From the IMG/VR virus record IMGVR_UViG_3300038360_000413: a stretch of DNA of 64,000 nt, one strand, 5' to 3'. A program made the position numbers and the translations under genes. The first letter of the stretch is position 1, and every line of letters begins with the position of its first letter. This DNA comes from a virus. Its lineage: Duplodnaviria > Heunggongvirae > Uroviricota > Caudoviricetes. The notes below the pieces were generated by a model. That model did no database searches, was not told the origin of the DNA, and saw nothing but the letters and a program-made list of their open reading frames with translations. This document shows positions 56,348 to 64,000 of this stretch, piece after piece.

Positions 56348-56701
56348 ATGACGATGACAACGACGCAAATAACAGCAAGGATTCAAGAGATAGTTAAAGC
56401 TCCAATAGAAAAACTTGTAAGACAATTAGAAGATTTACGCTCATTCAGAGCGATTTTCATAGAAGCTAAAATAAGAAAAAATGGAATGGGACTAATAACT
56501 TATATAGATATTGTTGTGCATAGCGATCCAATTACAAGCACAGAAACATACATTCTTCCCTCTGATTTTACTTCACAAAGGGATTTAGAGCTCACATTAA
56601 AATTTAAATTGCGAGAACTTAAAAAAGCGCTAAAAGAAGAAATACGAGTTATAGAGTGGAATGAAAGACAATACGGACTAGAACTTAAACTTGAAAATTA
56701 G
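56348..56701 (+). CDS. hypothetical protein
   Basis: 117-aa ORF. Confidence 0.4.
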   Translation: MTMTTTQITARIQEIVKAPIEKLVRQLEDLRSFRAIFIEAKIRKNGMGLITYIDIVVHSDPITSTETYILPSDFTSQRDLELTLKFKLRELKKALKEEIRVIEWNERQYGLELKLEN

Positions 56702-56709
56702 GAAAGGAA

Positions 56710-57861
56710 ATGACAACTCAATTAGACAAATTTAAAAACGTAGAAAAACAACTAAACTCCTATTTCGTAGAAAGATTAGACGAAATTAGAGGATTGACAT
56801 TAGCACTATTGTCACAAAATAATGTGCTATATTTGGGACCTCCGGGAATATCTAAATCTTATTTAGTTAAAGCATGGTCTATGTGTATACAAGGTGCGAA
56901 CTACTTCGAACATTTGCTTACAAAATTTACAGTACCAGATGAACTTGCAGGACCTTTTTCACTAAGTGGATTAGAGAATGACAAGTTTATTAGAAATACT
57001 ACAAACATGCTCCCGGAGGCTCACATTGCTTTTCTAGACGAAATCTGGAAAGGAAATAGTGGGGTTCTAAACTTCTTATTAAAATTAGCAAACGAACGCA
57101 CCTTCTTTAATAATGGTGAAGAATGTGAAACTCCAATCTTAACAATAGTAGGAGCTTCAAACGAAATACCAGAGGACGATGACAACTTAGAAGCTTTACA
57201 GGATCGATTTATTATAAAGTTTATGGTAAAAGCAATCCAGGAACAGGAAAATTTTATTAAGATGGTATCAAGTGATGATTTTGTCGCAGAGACCTTCTTA
57301 ACTTTAAATGACATAGAAGAAGCACATACGCAAATTGCAAAAGTAAAAATGCCAAAAGAAATGTCAGAATTATTGTATGAAATTAAAGTAGAATTGAAAA
57401 ACGACGAGATAGTAGTTACCGACAGAACTCTAAAAAAAGCAGTTAACATTTTAAAATCCGAAGCTTGGCTAGACGGCTCTAAAGAGGTCAACGAAGATCA
57501 CTTTGATTGTTTGCAACATGTTCTTTGGACTGATCCAGATCACTCTCAAAAAACTGCAACAAAGTTATTTGGATTAGTAGATCCAGCACGCAGCAAGATG
57601 CTTGCAATAATGGATGATTGCAAAGATTTGTTCGCCGATTTAAGTAAAAAGAAAAAAGCGGAAACCAAAGAAGATTTACAAGAAATCATGGAAGGAATAG
57701 TTAAACTAAAAGCTGCTAAAGTAAGACTTACTGAGTTGTACAAAGAAGCAGTAAAAGCAAAAAACAGAAAGAAACAGCAAAAGACGGCTGAGCAAATGAT
57801 TAAACAAGTAAATGTTATGGTTGGAAAACTTGCTTCGTATGTTGGGTTTGATGATGTATGA
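56710..57861 (+). CDS. MoxR-like AAA+ ATPase
   Basis: Walker A LGPPGISKS, Walker B AFLDEIWK, MoxR-like length. Confidence 0.65.
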   Translation: MTTQLDKFKNVEKQLNSYFVERLDEIRGLTLALLSQNNVLYLGPPGISKSYLVKAWSMCIQGANYFEHLLTKFTVPDELAGPFSLSGLENDKFIRNTTNMLPEAHIAFLDEIWKGNSGVLNFLLKLANERTFFNNGEECETPILTIVGASNEIPEDDDNLEALQDRFIIKFMVKAIQEQENFIKMVSSDDFVAETFLTLNDIEEAHTQIAKVKMPKEMSELLYEIKVELKNDEIVVTDRTLKKAVNILKSEAWLDGSKEVNEDHFDCLQHVLWTDPDHSQKTATKLFGLVDPARSKMLAIMDDCKDLFADLSKKKKAETKEDLQEIMEGIVKLKAAKVRLTELYKEAVKAKNRKKQQKTAEQMIKQVNVMVGKLASYVGFDDV

Positions 57862-59366
57862 GACGTATAGATCATAAATTTTATTTAAAAAGAATTAAGA
57901 ATTCTAAATACACAATCAAGCACGATAATTTTGATTTGATAAATTTTCAACAATTGATAAGTGTTAATCCTGAGATGACTAAAGAATTTCTGCTTATGAA
58001 AGATGAATACCCACAGATGCAGGAATTACAACAGGATATTTTTAATTCATTATATAAATACAACCCAACAAAGTTAAAAGACCATGAAATCAATTACGAT
58101 TATTGGCTCAATGCTAACGTAATGGATGCTATTATGAAAAGTAAGCAGTACAAAGAGCTTAGAAGCTTAACCAGATTGGATAAGTTAAATTCCGCAACGG
58201 GAACAAAAATATTATCCACAGAAGCCAAAGATATAATAGAAAATATTCAAGAACGAAGTAAAAAAGCAATGGAAGCTGCGCAACAAGCATATCTTACTGC
58301 TAAGCAACTTGGCGGCAGTGGTAAAAGCACTAAAGCCCAAGGTGGAGAACAACTAACACTTACAGAAGCTATCGAGCGATTACGAGAAGCTGAAAAAGAA
58401 CTTAAAAGTAAGTTAATGACTCCAAAAGAACAGAGGGTAATGGCTCGTGCACTTACTACAGTGGTAAGCAAAACAAAAGAGTCTTCGGATTTAATAACAG
58501 ATTGGGGTTTACAACAATCAGACTCATTTACACGTGTAGGATATCAAGAACAGCTACAGCTAATAAAAGAGTTACAAGAAAATCCAAAACTACGAGCAAT
58601 TGCAGCTCTTATGGGTAGATATAAAAGAATGATTTTAGCTCAAAAACATACTAAAATCAAAAGAGGTTCTGATAGCCTATATGACATTACCTTAGGCAAT
58701 GACCTGGGAAAAGTTATACCTTCAGAAGCTATGAAATTGAAAAACCCCATAACTCGGAAAGTGTTTATTAAGCAATACTATGAAAAGAGTTTACTGCAAC
58801 ACGAATATGAAGGAAAAGTAAAGAAGCATAAAGGAGCTATAGCTATAGCTATCGATGAATCAGGCTCTATGGACGGAGATAAAGAAATTTGGGCAAAAGC
58901 GTTAGCACTTGGTTTAATGGAAATTGCCAGAATGCAAAAAAGAAATCTATTTATAGTACATTTTAATGCAAACGATAAAGAAGTACTACGAGTAGATACA
59001 TTTCTAAAAACCGATCCCTATGACATAAACAAAGTTATCGATTGTGCCACTTATTTTGCTTCAGGAAGCACTAGATTCAGTCCAGCATTAGATTTGTGCC
59101 GAGATCGAATAAACCTGGAAACAGAGTTTTCTACAGCAGATATAATTTTAATCACAGATGGCTCATCCGCAGTTCTTCCAGAATGGGCGACTGCCTTTAA
59201 CACATGGAAAAAAGAAAAAAAAGTTAATACTTATGGAGTAATAATTGATTTCGGATATAGCACAAAAACTGCTATAAAAGATTTTATAGATGACATAACA
59301 CGTATGTCTTCTTTTACTTCAAAAGAAAAAGATCAATTTATGTTCAAAATGATGAACAATTTGTAA
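57858..59366 (+). CDS. vWA-domain protein (MoxR partner type)
   Basis: MIDAS motif AIDESGSMDG in the C-terminal third; gene overlaps the AAA+ stop. Confidence 0.6.
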   Translation: MRRIDHKFYLKRIKNSKYTIKHDNFDLINFQQLISVNPEMTKEFLLMKDEYPQMQELQQDIFNSLYKYNPTKLKDHEINYDYWLNANVMDAIMKSKQYKELRSLTRLDKLNSATGTKILSTEAKDIIENIQERSKKAMEAAQQAYLTAKQLGGSGKSTKAQGGEQLTLTEAIERLREAEKELKSKLMTPKEQRVMARALTTVVSKTKESSDLITDWGLQQSDSFTRVGYQEQLQLIKELQENPKLRAIAALMGRYKRMILAQKHTKIKRGSDSLYDITLGNDLGKVIPSEAMKLKNPITRKVFIKQYYEKSLLQHEYEGKVKKHKGAIAIAIDESGSMDGDKEIWAKALALGLMEIARMQKRNLFIVHFNANDKEVLRVDTFLKTDPYDINKVIDCATYFASGSTRFSPALDLCRDRINLETEFSTADIILITDGSSAVLPEWATAFNTWKKEKKVNTYGVIIDFGYSTKTAIKDFIDDITRMSSFTSKEKDQFMFKMMNNL

Positions 59367-59376
59367 GAAAACGTCA

Positions 59377-59551
59377 CAGTTATAGTAATAGCAACGTATG
59401 CGCAAGTATATTAAACAAGTGCGAATCGTACTTGACAGCTAAAGTAATAAATCAACAAAGCAGGACTGATCCTGAAGCAAGCTTCAGGCCGTCTAAAGAC
59501 GGCGGAACGGGCTATGGAGCCTATCCGACGTCACATGTATAACTGCATTAA
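59377..59551 (+). ncRNA. candidate retron msr/msd ncRNA region
   Basis: Inverted repeats CAGTTATA (59377) and TATAACTG (59538) flank perfect hairpins CCTGAAGC-AA-GCTTCAGG and GCCGTC-TAAA-GACGGC, immediately upstream of the RT gene. Confidence 0.45.
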
Positions 59552-59563
59552 TCACAGAAAAAA

Positions 59564-60484
59564 ATGAACTTATATGAACTATTGGAAACGACTAAAGAGC
59601 AATTAGAAACAATACTTGCTAACAAACATGAACATTATAAATCGTTTCCTATCGCCAAATCAAGTGGCAAATTAAGATGGTTAGATGCTCCTAGCGAGGA
59701 GTTGAAAGCCATACAATCTCAGTTACTAAGAAAAGTGTTTTACAACTTTGCCCCGCATTCAGCCGCTGTAGGTTTTAGAGTGGGCATAGGAGTGCGAGAT
59801 GGCGCCGAAAGACACTTAGGAAACAAAACGTTACTATGTATGGATTTGAAAGACTTTTTCAATTCTATTACATATAATAACGTCATCAAATTACTTTATT
59901 TTCTGACAGATAAACTAAAGAAACACATACCAGAATGGACATACACAGCAGATGACATTGAAACAATGGCAAAGCTGGTTACATACCACAAAGCACTACC
60001 ACAAGGAGCGCCGACAAGTCCAGCTTTGGCTAATTTAGTTTGTTGGAAACTAGATCAAGAGCTAGAAAGACTAGCAAAAGAAAATTCCCTAATATATACT
60101 AGATATGCAGATGATCTGGCATTCAGTCACAAGGACAGTAAATATGACATTCATCCCTTAATTGAAACAATTACAAAACTTATAGAGGGTGATGAGGTAA
60201 CTAATCTACTAGTTAATACCAAGAAAACACGCATTACTAGACCACATCGACGTATGACAGTCACAGGTGTAGTAATAAATGATAAGCTTAGTTTAGCTAA
60301 AAGCTTTAGAAAAAACTTAAGAGCTAGAATTCATAATATTAAAAAATCAGGTATTACAATATCTGAAAAAGAATCAGAAGTAATTAGAGGTCATGTAGAG
60401 TGGATATACTCAATAAATCCCCAAGAGGGACAAAAATTCCGTCAGGCCTTCTCCGGCATTTCAAAGGAGTCCCAGACGACTTAA
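59564..60484 (+). CDS. reverse transcriptase, retron-type
   Basis: RT motifs LPQGAPTSPALANL (QGxxxSP), YTRYADDLAFS (YADD), and retron-typical VTG (RMTVTGVVIND); 306 aa. Confidence 0.75.
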   Translation: MNLYELLETTKEQLETILANKHEHYKSFPIAKSSGKLRWLDAPSEELKAIQSQLLRKVFYNFAPHSAAVGFRVGIGVRDGAERHLGNKTLLCMDLKDFFNSITYNNVIKLLYFLTDKLKKHIPEWTYTADDIETMAKLVTYHKALPQGAPTSPALANLVCWKLDQELERLAKENSLIYTRYADDLAFSHKDSKYDIHPLIETITKLIEGDEVTNLLVNTKKTRITRPHRRMTVTGVVINDKLSLAKSFRKNLRARIHNIKKSGITISEKESEVIRGHVEWIYSINPQEGQKFRQAFSGISKESQTT

Positions 60485-60567
60485 TAATTGAACCAGCACT
60501 TCTGACACAATATTTAAATGAAATTACATATTTAGATAAAATAACTACTACTACCAACTATGGATGT

Positions 60568-61044
60568 ATGATTCCGAGAGCTCCTATGTTTGCCTACTTT
60601 GGAAAAAAGAATGGTGACAAGATGAGAAAATGGATAACACAATATACCCCTATTATACAAAAACTTCAAAAAGAGGAATTAAGAATTTACTCTGCAGGAT
60701 GTATAGGAATAGGAACGACAACACCTTCACCTTCACTTGCTTTACATGTTTATAATCCAAATACTGGTAATTATTCTTTAATGTACCCAGTAGTTTGGTA
60801 TCCGGTATATTTCGAAGCTTTTAAGTATAAAAAGAGAAACTGCACAGCTGTAAGTATTGCGTTTCCTATAAAAATGCTAAAGCAGAAAATTTCATACACT
60901 CCCGGATATTACTATTTAAAAAAGCCGAAAGAGATAAGGATAAGTCGATTAGTAGTTACAAATAAAACAGAAGTGGTTCGTAAACAAATAATACAACTAT
61001 TGAAAGAAGCTAACAGTTTCTTTCTAACAAATAGCCAAAATTAA
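60568..61044 (+). CDS. hypothetical protein with GCIGIGTTTPSPSLALHV motif (possible retron accessory/effector)
   Basis: First ATG after the RT stop within the 60400 ORF frame; motif shared with 6302 and 9797 ORFs. Confidence 0.35.
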   Translation: MIPRAPMFAYFGKKNGDKMRKWITQYTPIIQKLQKEELRIYSAGCIGIGTTTPSPSLALHVYNPNTGNYSLMYPVVWYPVYFEAFKYKKRNCTAVSIAFPIKMLKQKISYTPGYYYLKKPKEIRISRLVVTNKTEVVRKQIIQLLKEANSFFLTNSQN

Positions 61045-61148
61045 CTCATAACTAAGGAGGCATAGTATGAATCGAATACTAAAAGTATTCGGTCTATCTA
61101 TAGCTTACATAACGGTAAAAGTACTGGAAAAAATGATACGACAAAGTT

Positions 61149-61418
61149 TTGAGAAAATGGCAACAGATAAAAAACAGGAACAAAAACAGAATGGCGGAAC
61201 ACTTTAAGATCACTTTGATTACAGGAAAAAAGCAAAGTGAAAATCGCATTCTATATGTAAAAGCAGGACAAGATGATTCGCACGACGGGATCATTCATGC
61301 TTTAAATATAGGACGAAAGATAAGAGGTACTGTTAAAATGATAGTACCTATAGATTACAAAGAATATATGTTAGGAGTAAGTAGAAAGCACTCACCGGAG
61401 TATCCTTTCATATACTAA
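61149..61418 (+). CDS. hypothetical protein
   Basis: 89-aa ORF. Confidence 0.35.
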   Translation: MRKWQQIKNRNKNRMAEHFKITLITGKKQSENRILYVKAGQDDSHDGIIHALNIGRKIRGTVKMIVPIDYKEYMLGVSRKHSPEYPFIY

Positions 61419-61431
61419 TCATTACTAAAAA

Positions 61432-62166
61432 ATGCCTAATGCGTTTACTCGAAATCAAAAAACTATATTATCAATAGATTTCGCACGTAAAAACACATGT
61501 ATGCAAACATGTGAGTATTGCTATGTTGATAATATGGAGCGCATATATCCAGCCTACTTAGGAAAAGTAGAAAGGAATAACGCAATGGCAACTGAAAACC
61601 CGAGTAAATTTGCAAAACAGATAAACGAAGAATACCATAAGGCAAGAAGAAGTAATAGTAAACAACTATTACCACTAAACAAACTACCCATAAGAATATA
61701 CGGTTCAGGAGATTACATTTCCCAACATTTTGAATTTTTAAAACTACTAAAGTTTAAATTCTTTATTATCTCTAAAAACTTGACAAGACTCGATATGATT
61801 AGTCATATTAAACCTTTATTAGAACTAAATAATCTTACTAGTTTATTACTTAGTTTGGATAGTGTAAACAAGAAAAATTTTGAAAACATAAAGTCCCACT
61901 TAGGGCAAGACAAAGTAAAGTTATGTTTTACTGGATTACCAGCTGACTTCCTAGTATTGGAAGAAAACATAAAAGCGAAAGTTGATCCCTTTTTCAATAT
62001 AGGAAAGAGGAGAAAAGCTGATAAAGAGCTGGGACAGACGATCAAAGTCTCATGTCCAGCTGACAACGGAAAAATTCAATTGCAGGAAGCTTGTACAAAA
62101 TGTTCAAGATGTTGGAAATCTTCGGCAACGAAACCACCAAACTGGAATAAATTATGGCAAAGATAA
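61432..62166 (+). CDS. radical SAM protein
   Basis: CMQTCEYC = CxxxCxxC cluster near N-terminus. Confidence 0.55.
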   Translation: MPNAFTRNQKTILSIDFARKNTCMQTCEYCYVDNMERIYPAYLGKVERNNAMATENPSKFAKQINEEYHKARRSNSKQLLPLNKLPIRIYGSGDYISQHFEFLKLLKFKFFIISKNLTRLDMISHIKPLLELNNLTSLLLSLDSVNKKNFENIKSHLGQDKVKLCFTGLPADFLVLEENIKAKVDPFFNIGKRRKADKELGQTIKVSCPADNGKIQLQEACTKCSRCWKSSATKPPNWNKLWQR

Positions 62167-62366
62167 TTACAGAAATAACTGGAAATACCGTTATTACAGC
62201 AAAAGAAATAGATCGAATTTCGGCAGAGTTTCTTCAGATACATAATAGATGGTTGTTAAGACGCTTTAAACGTGACGGAACTTTGGCTAGGAAACTAGCA
62301 AAGAACTTGAAAAACTTAACAATACGTTATATTAAACAATCTTTAGACGAAAGAACAATGTCGTAA
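62154..62366 (+). CDS. hypothetical protein
   Basis: 70-aa ORF. Confidence 0.3.
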   Translation: MAKIITEITGNTVITAKEIDRISAEFLQIHNRWLLRRFKRDGTLARKLAKNLKNLTIRYIKQSLDERTMS

Positions 62367-62556
62367 AAAGAACTGATTTAGATATACGGTAGTGTTTCTT
62401 TATTAATTTAGAGAAACAAACAAATTCGTTTCGAATTTGAAATACCTATAAACATCAAACTGACCCTACGGGTTACTACCAACTGATGTTAGTAAATCAC
62501 AAATAGCGGGGACACTGTGTCCTCGCTATCTACACCCTTAACAAATTTAAAAAAAC

Positions 62557-62569
62557 TTGGTATAAGAAT
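62557..62569 (+). promoter_or_regulatory. promoter-like motif TTGGTATAAGAAT
   Basis: Third copy, at the start of a 1.2-kb ORF-free region. Confidence 0.4.
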
Positions 62570-62599
62570 CTTGTTCTTTAGACGCTTCCTAATTTTTAG

Positions 62600-63600
62600 G
62601 ATAGAAGTATGATTCGTATTTCAAGGTATGATAAATAATACCAAAAACAACAGAATATGCTAGTCTCTCCACTGGTGAGGTCGCGGCCTGTCCCGAACAG
62701 TTACACCATGGTTTACCTCGACGTGACACAAATGTTACAATAATTATTTTATAATTATTCGCAAAATATGAATCACTCCAAGAAACCAGGTTTCACTCTT
62801 CGACAATGTCAGGACTACACAGATCCTGCACCAGTTACGCACTAGATATTGCTGACTATAGTAAAGAACATAAAAAATCTTAGGTAAACGACTTGCAGTT
62901 TACTAGTCTTTTACAAGACAAACAATTACGATACGTATTTGTATAAATACAACCAAACATTCCACTGGTCTAACCCTGACGCGCGAACACCCCTTCAAAA
63001 ATTCGAATGGGTGTCCCCGTCTTACAGGAGTAAGACCCCAGGGAATGTTTTTCCTCGCCCCCCTCAAAATTTGAGGAGGCCTCGATCGGAGGTGACGTGC
63101 ACGCTCATCTAGAGGTACCCGGGTTTTCGCACTGCAGCTCACGGCGCGCCGGCAACGTTGATAGGTATCGATGGGATACCGACTGGAAAACCGTCTGCCG
63201 AAAATTCCTAACTAAGGCTGAAGAATAAGTTCCCCCTGGAACTCGCATGCTAGTAACGAAGCGAGCCCTCCCAGAAGGAGACCCACAAATTCTAGACGGC
63301 GCCAGCTGAAAACTAGACGACGCCGAGCTGACCTGGGAGACGGAGATGACGCCGTCGGAGTCCCGAGCGCTTAAGTGAGACGTAAGTTGCCTTCGAAGAG
63401 ACGGCACTTCCAGTGCGCAAGGATCCATGGTCCCTTGGCCGGGAAAAACCACGCACTCTTTTCTCCAGCTAGAATTCCGAACAAACCAGCAGGAAGAACT
63501 GAGGCCTAAGGGTTCCTGGTTAATGCGCAGTCCGCGGGTCCGGCAGCTAGCTGCGGGAGTCACGGGAACGCAGAAAATAAATTTTGTGCAAGTTGAATAT
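62600..63600 (+). ncRNA. large ORF-free region, strongly GC-rich in its 3' 600 nt: candidate large structured ncRNA
   Basis: No credible ORF; GC sharply above genome average from about 62980; many GC helices (e.g. GGGTCCGGCAGCTAGCTGCGGGAGTC); overlapping both-strand ORFs with biased composition look spurious. Confidence 0.35.
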
Positions 63601-63726
63601 TACCGATTTTAGAAGGAGACACCCGTTTCCTTTTTTTTATCTTAAAAATTATAGGAACATTGACTTATGTTATGGATATAATGTATATTAAAGTATAGAC
63701 TATTTTTAATAAACCAGAAAATTTAA

Positions 63727-64000
63727 TGAACAAACCTAAACTTTTTGTTTGGTGTGACTTTTTATGTCCTACAGGCTTCGGAAATGTTGCCATGAACTTA
63801 CTCGAAGATATGTACAAAGACTATGATGTGTCTATTCTAGGGATCAACTATGACGGAACAAAACGATACGATACAAGTAAATATTTTGTTTACCCAATAA
63901 CCAGAGCAGATCCTTTCGGATTTGAAAGACTTCCCCTTCTAATAAAAAAAGAACAGCCAGACAAAATACTTCTATTTCAAGATATTTTTAATATTGCAGG
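63727..64000 (+). CDS. hypothetical protein, 5' partial (runs off window)
   Basis: ATG at 63727 after a TTGACT...TATATT promoter-like element; open to window end. Confidence 0.35.

Noticed and set aside
59564-60484. Diversity-generating retroelement interpretation of the RT
   Set aside because: The RT has QGxxxSP plus VTG (retron-like) rather than the DGR IGxxxSQ signature. No adenine-rich template or variable repeat pair was seen nearby.
62903-63612. ORFs 62903-63142(-), 63105-63563(-), 63427-63612(+) in the GC-rich 3' region
   Set aside because: Mutually overlapping, Arg/Pro/Ser-rich translations typical of random GC-rich sequence; no start context. Region interpreted as structured RNA.
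1-64000. Genome-wide stop-codon reassignment (code 4 or 25 for TGA; amber recoding)
   Set aside because: Nearly all ORFs are long and end in TAA. The 1553-aa RNAP gene has no TGA and uses TGG for Trp. Only three in-frame TGAs were found, so these are treated as local events.

Overview
AT-rich (~35% GC) window that reads like part of a large virulent (jumbo/T4-like) bacteriophage genome: densely packed small genes, mostly on the + strand with TAA stops. I worked by eye from the sequence, so tRNA anticodons and boundaries are hand-folded and approximate.

Main gene content:
- A tRNA-repair pair: Rnl1-type RNA ligase plus T4 PseT-like polynucleotide kinase/phosphatase.
- A dispersed NAD+ salvage set (NadE, NAPRTase, NaMN adenylyltransferase, an isochorismatase-fold candidate, a NADAR protein).
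- An HflK/HflC-like pair and a vWA/PP2C/kinase-like triad.
- Thymidylate synthase, UDG, a ClpP-like protease, SpoU methyltransferase, DnaJ-like protein, AAA+ ATPases and several HNH endonucleases.
- A bacterial-type multisubunit RNA polymerase on the - strand: rpoB split by a LAGLIDADG intein, with its C-terminal part fused in frame to rpoC.

RNA content:
- About 35 tRNA genes across 17.1-41.3 kb, including three CAT-anticodon tRNAs (one initiator-like) and a CTA-anticodon (amber-suppressor) tRNA.
- Four tRNAs with long variable arms but non-Leu/Ser/Tyr anticodons, plus D-arm-deficient and insert-bearing tRNA-like genes.
- A tmRNA gene (43.37-43.75 kb) whose tag reading frame ends ...FALAA-TAA.

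Most unusual features:
1. A 1.6-kb tandem array (36.6-38.2 kb) of circularly permuted tRNA-like modules. Each runs T-arm, acceptor 3' strand, tetraloop (often UUCG), acceptor 5' strand, D-arm, with the anticodon stem opening into unit-terminal helices. The units carry conserved boxes (GATTTCCAAACACCC, GGCTAT-N7-CTTCCTTCTA) and resemble YrlA/Y-RNA-type tRNA mimics.
2. Three consecutive --strand genes (PhoH-like, a hypothetical, rpoB within its intein) each contain one in-frame TGA, in a genome that otherwise uses TGG for Trp.
3. A MoxR-AAA+/vWA pair followed by a retron-type reverse transcriptase with an upstream msr/msd-like structured region.
4. Two GC-rich ORF-free structured regions (17.53-17.99 kb and 62.4-63.6 kb) that look like unidentified ncRNAs.
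5. A recurring promoter-like motif, TTGGTATAAGAAT, at three sites.
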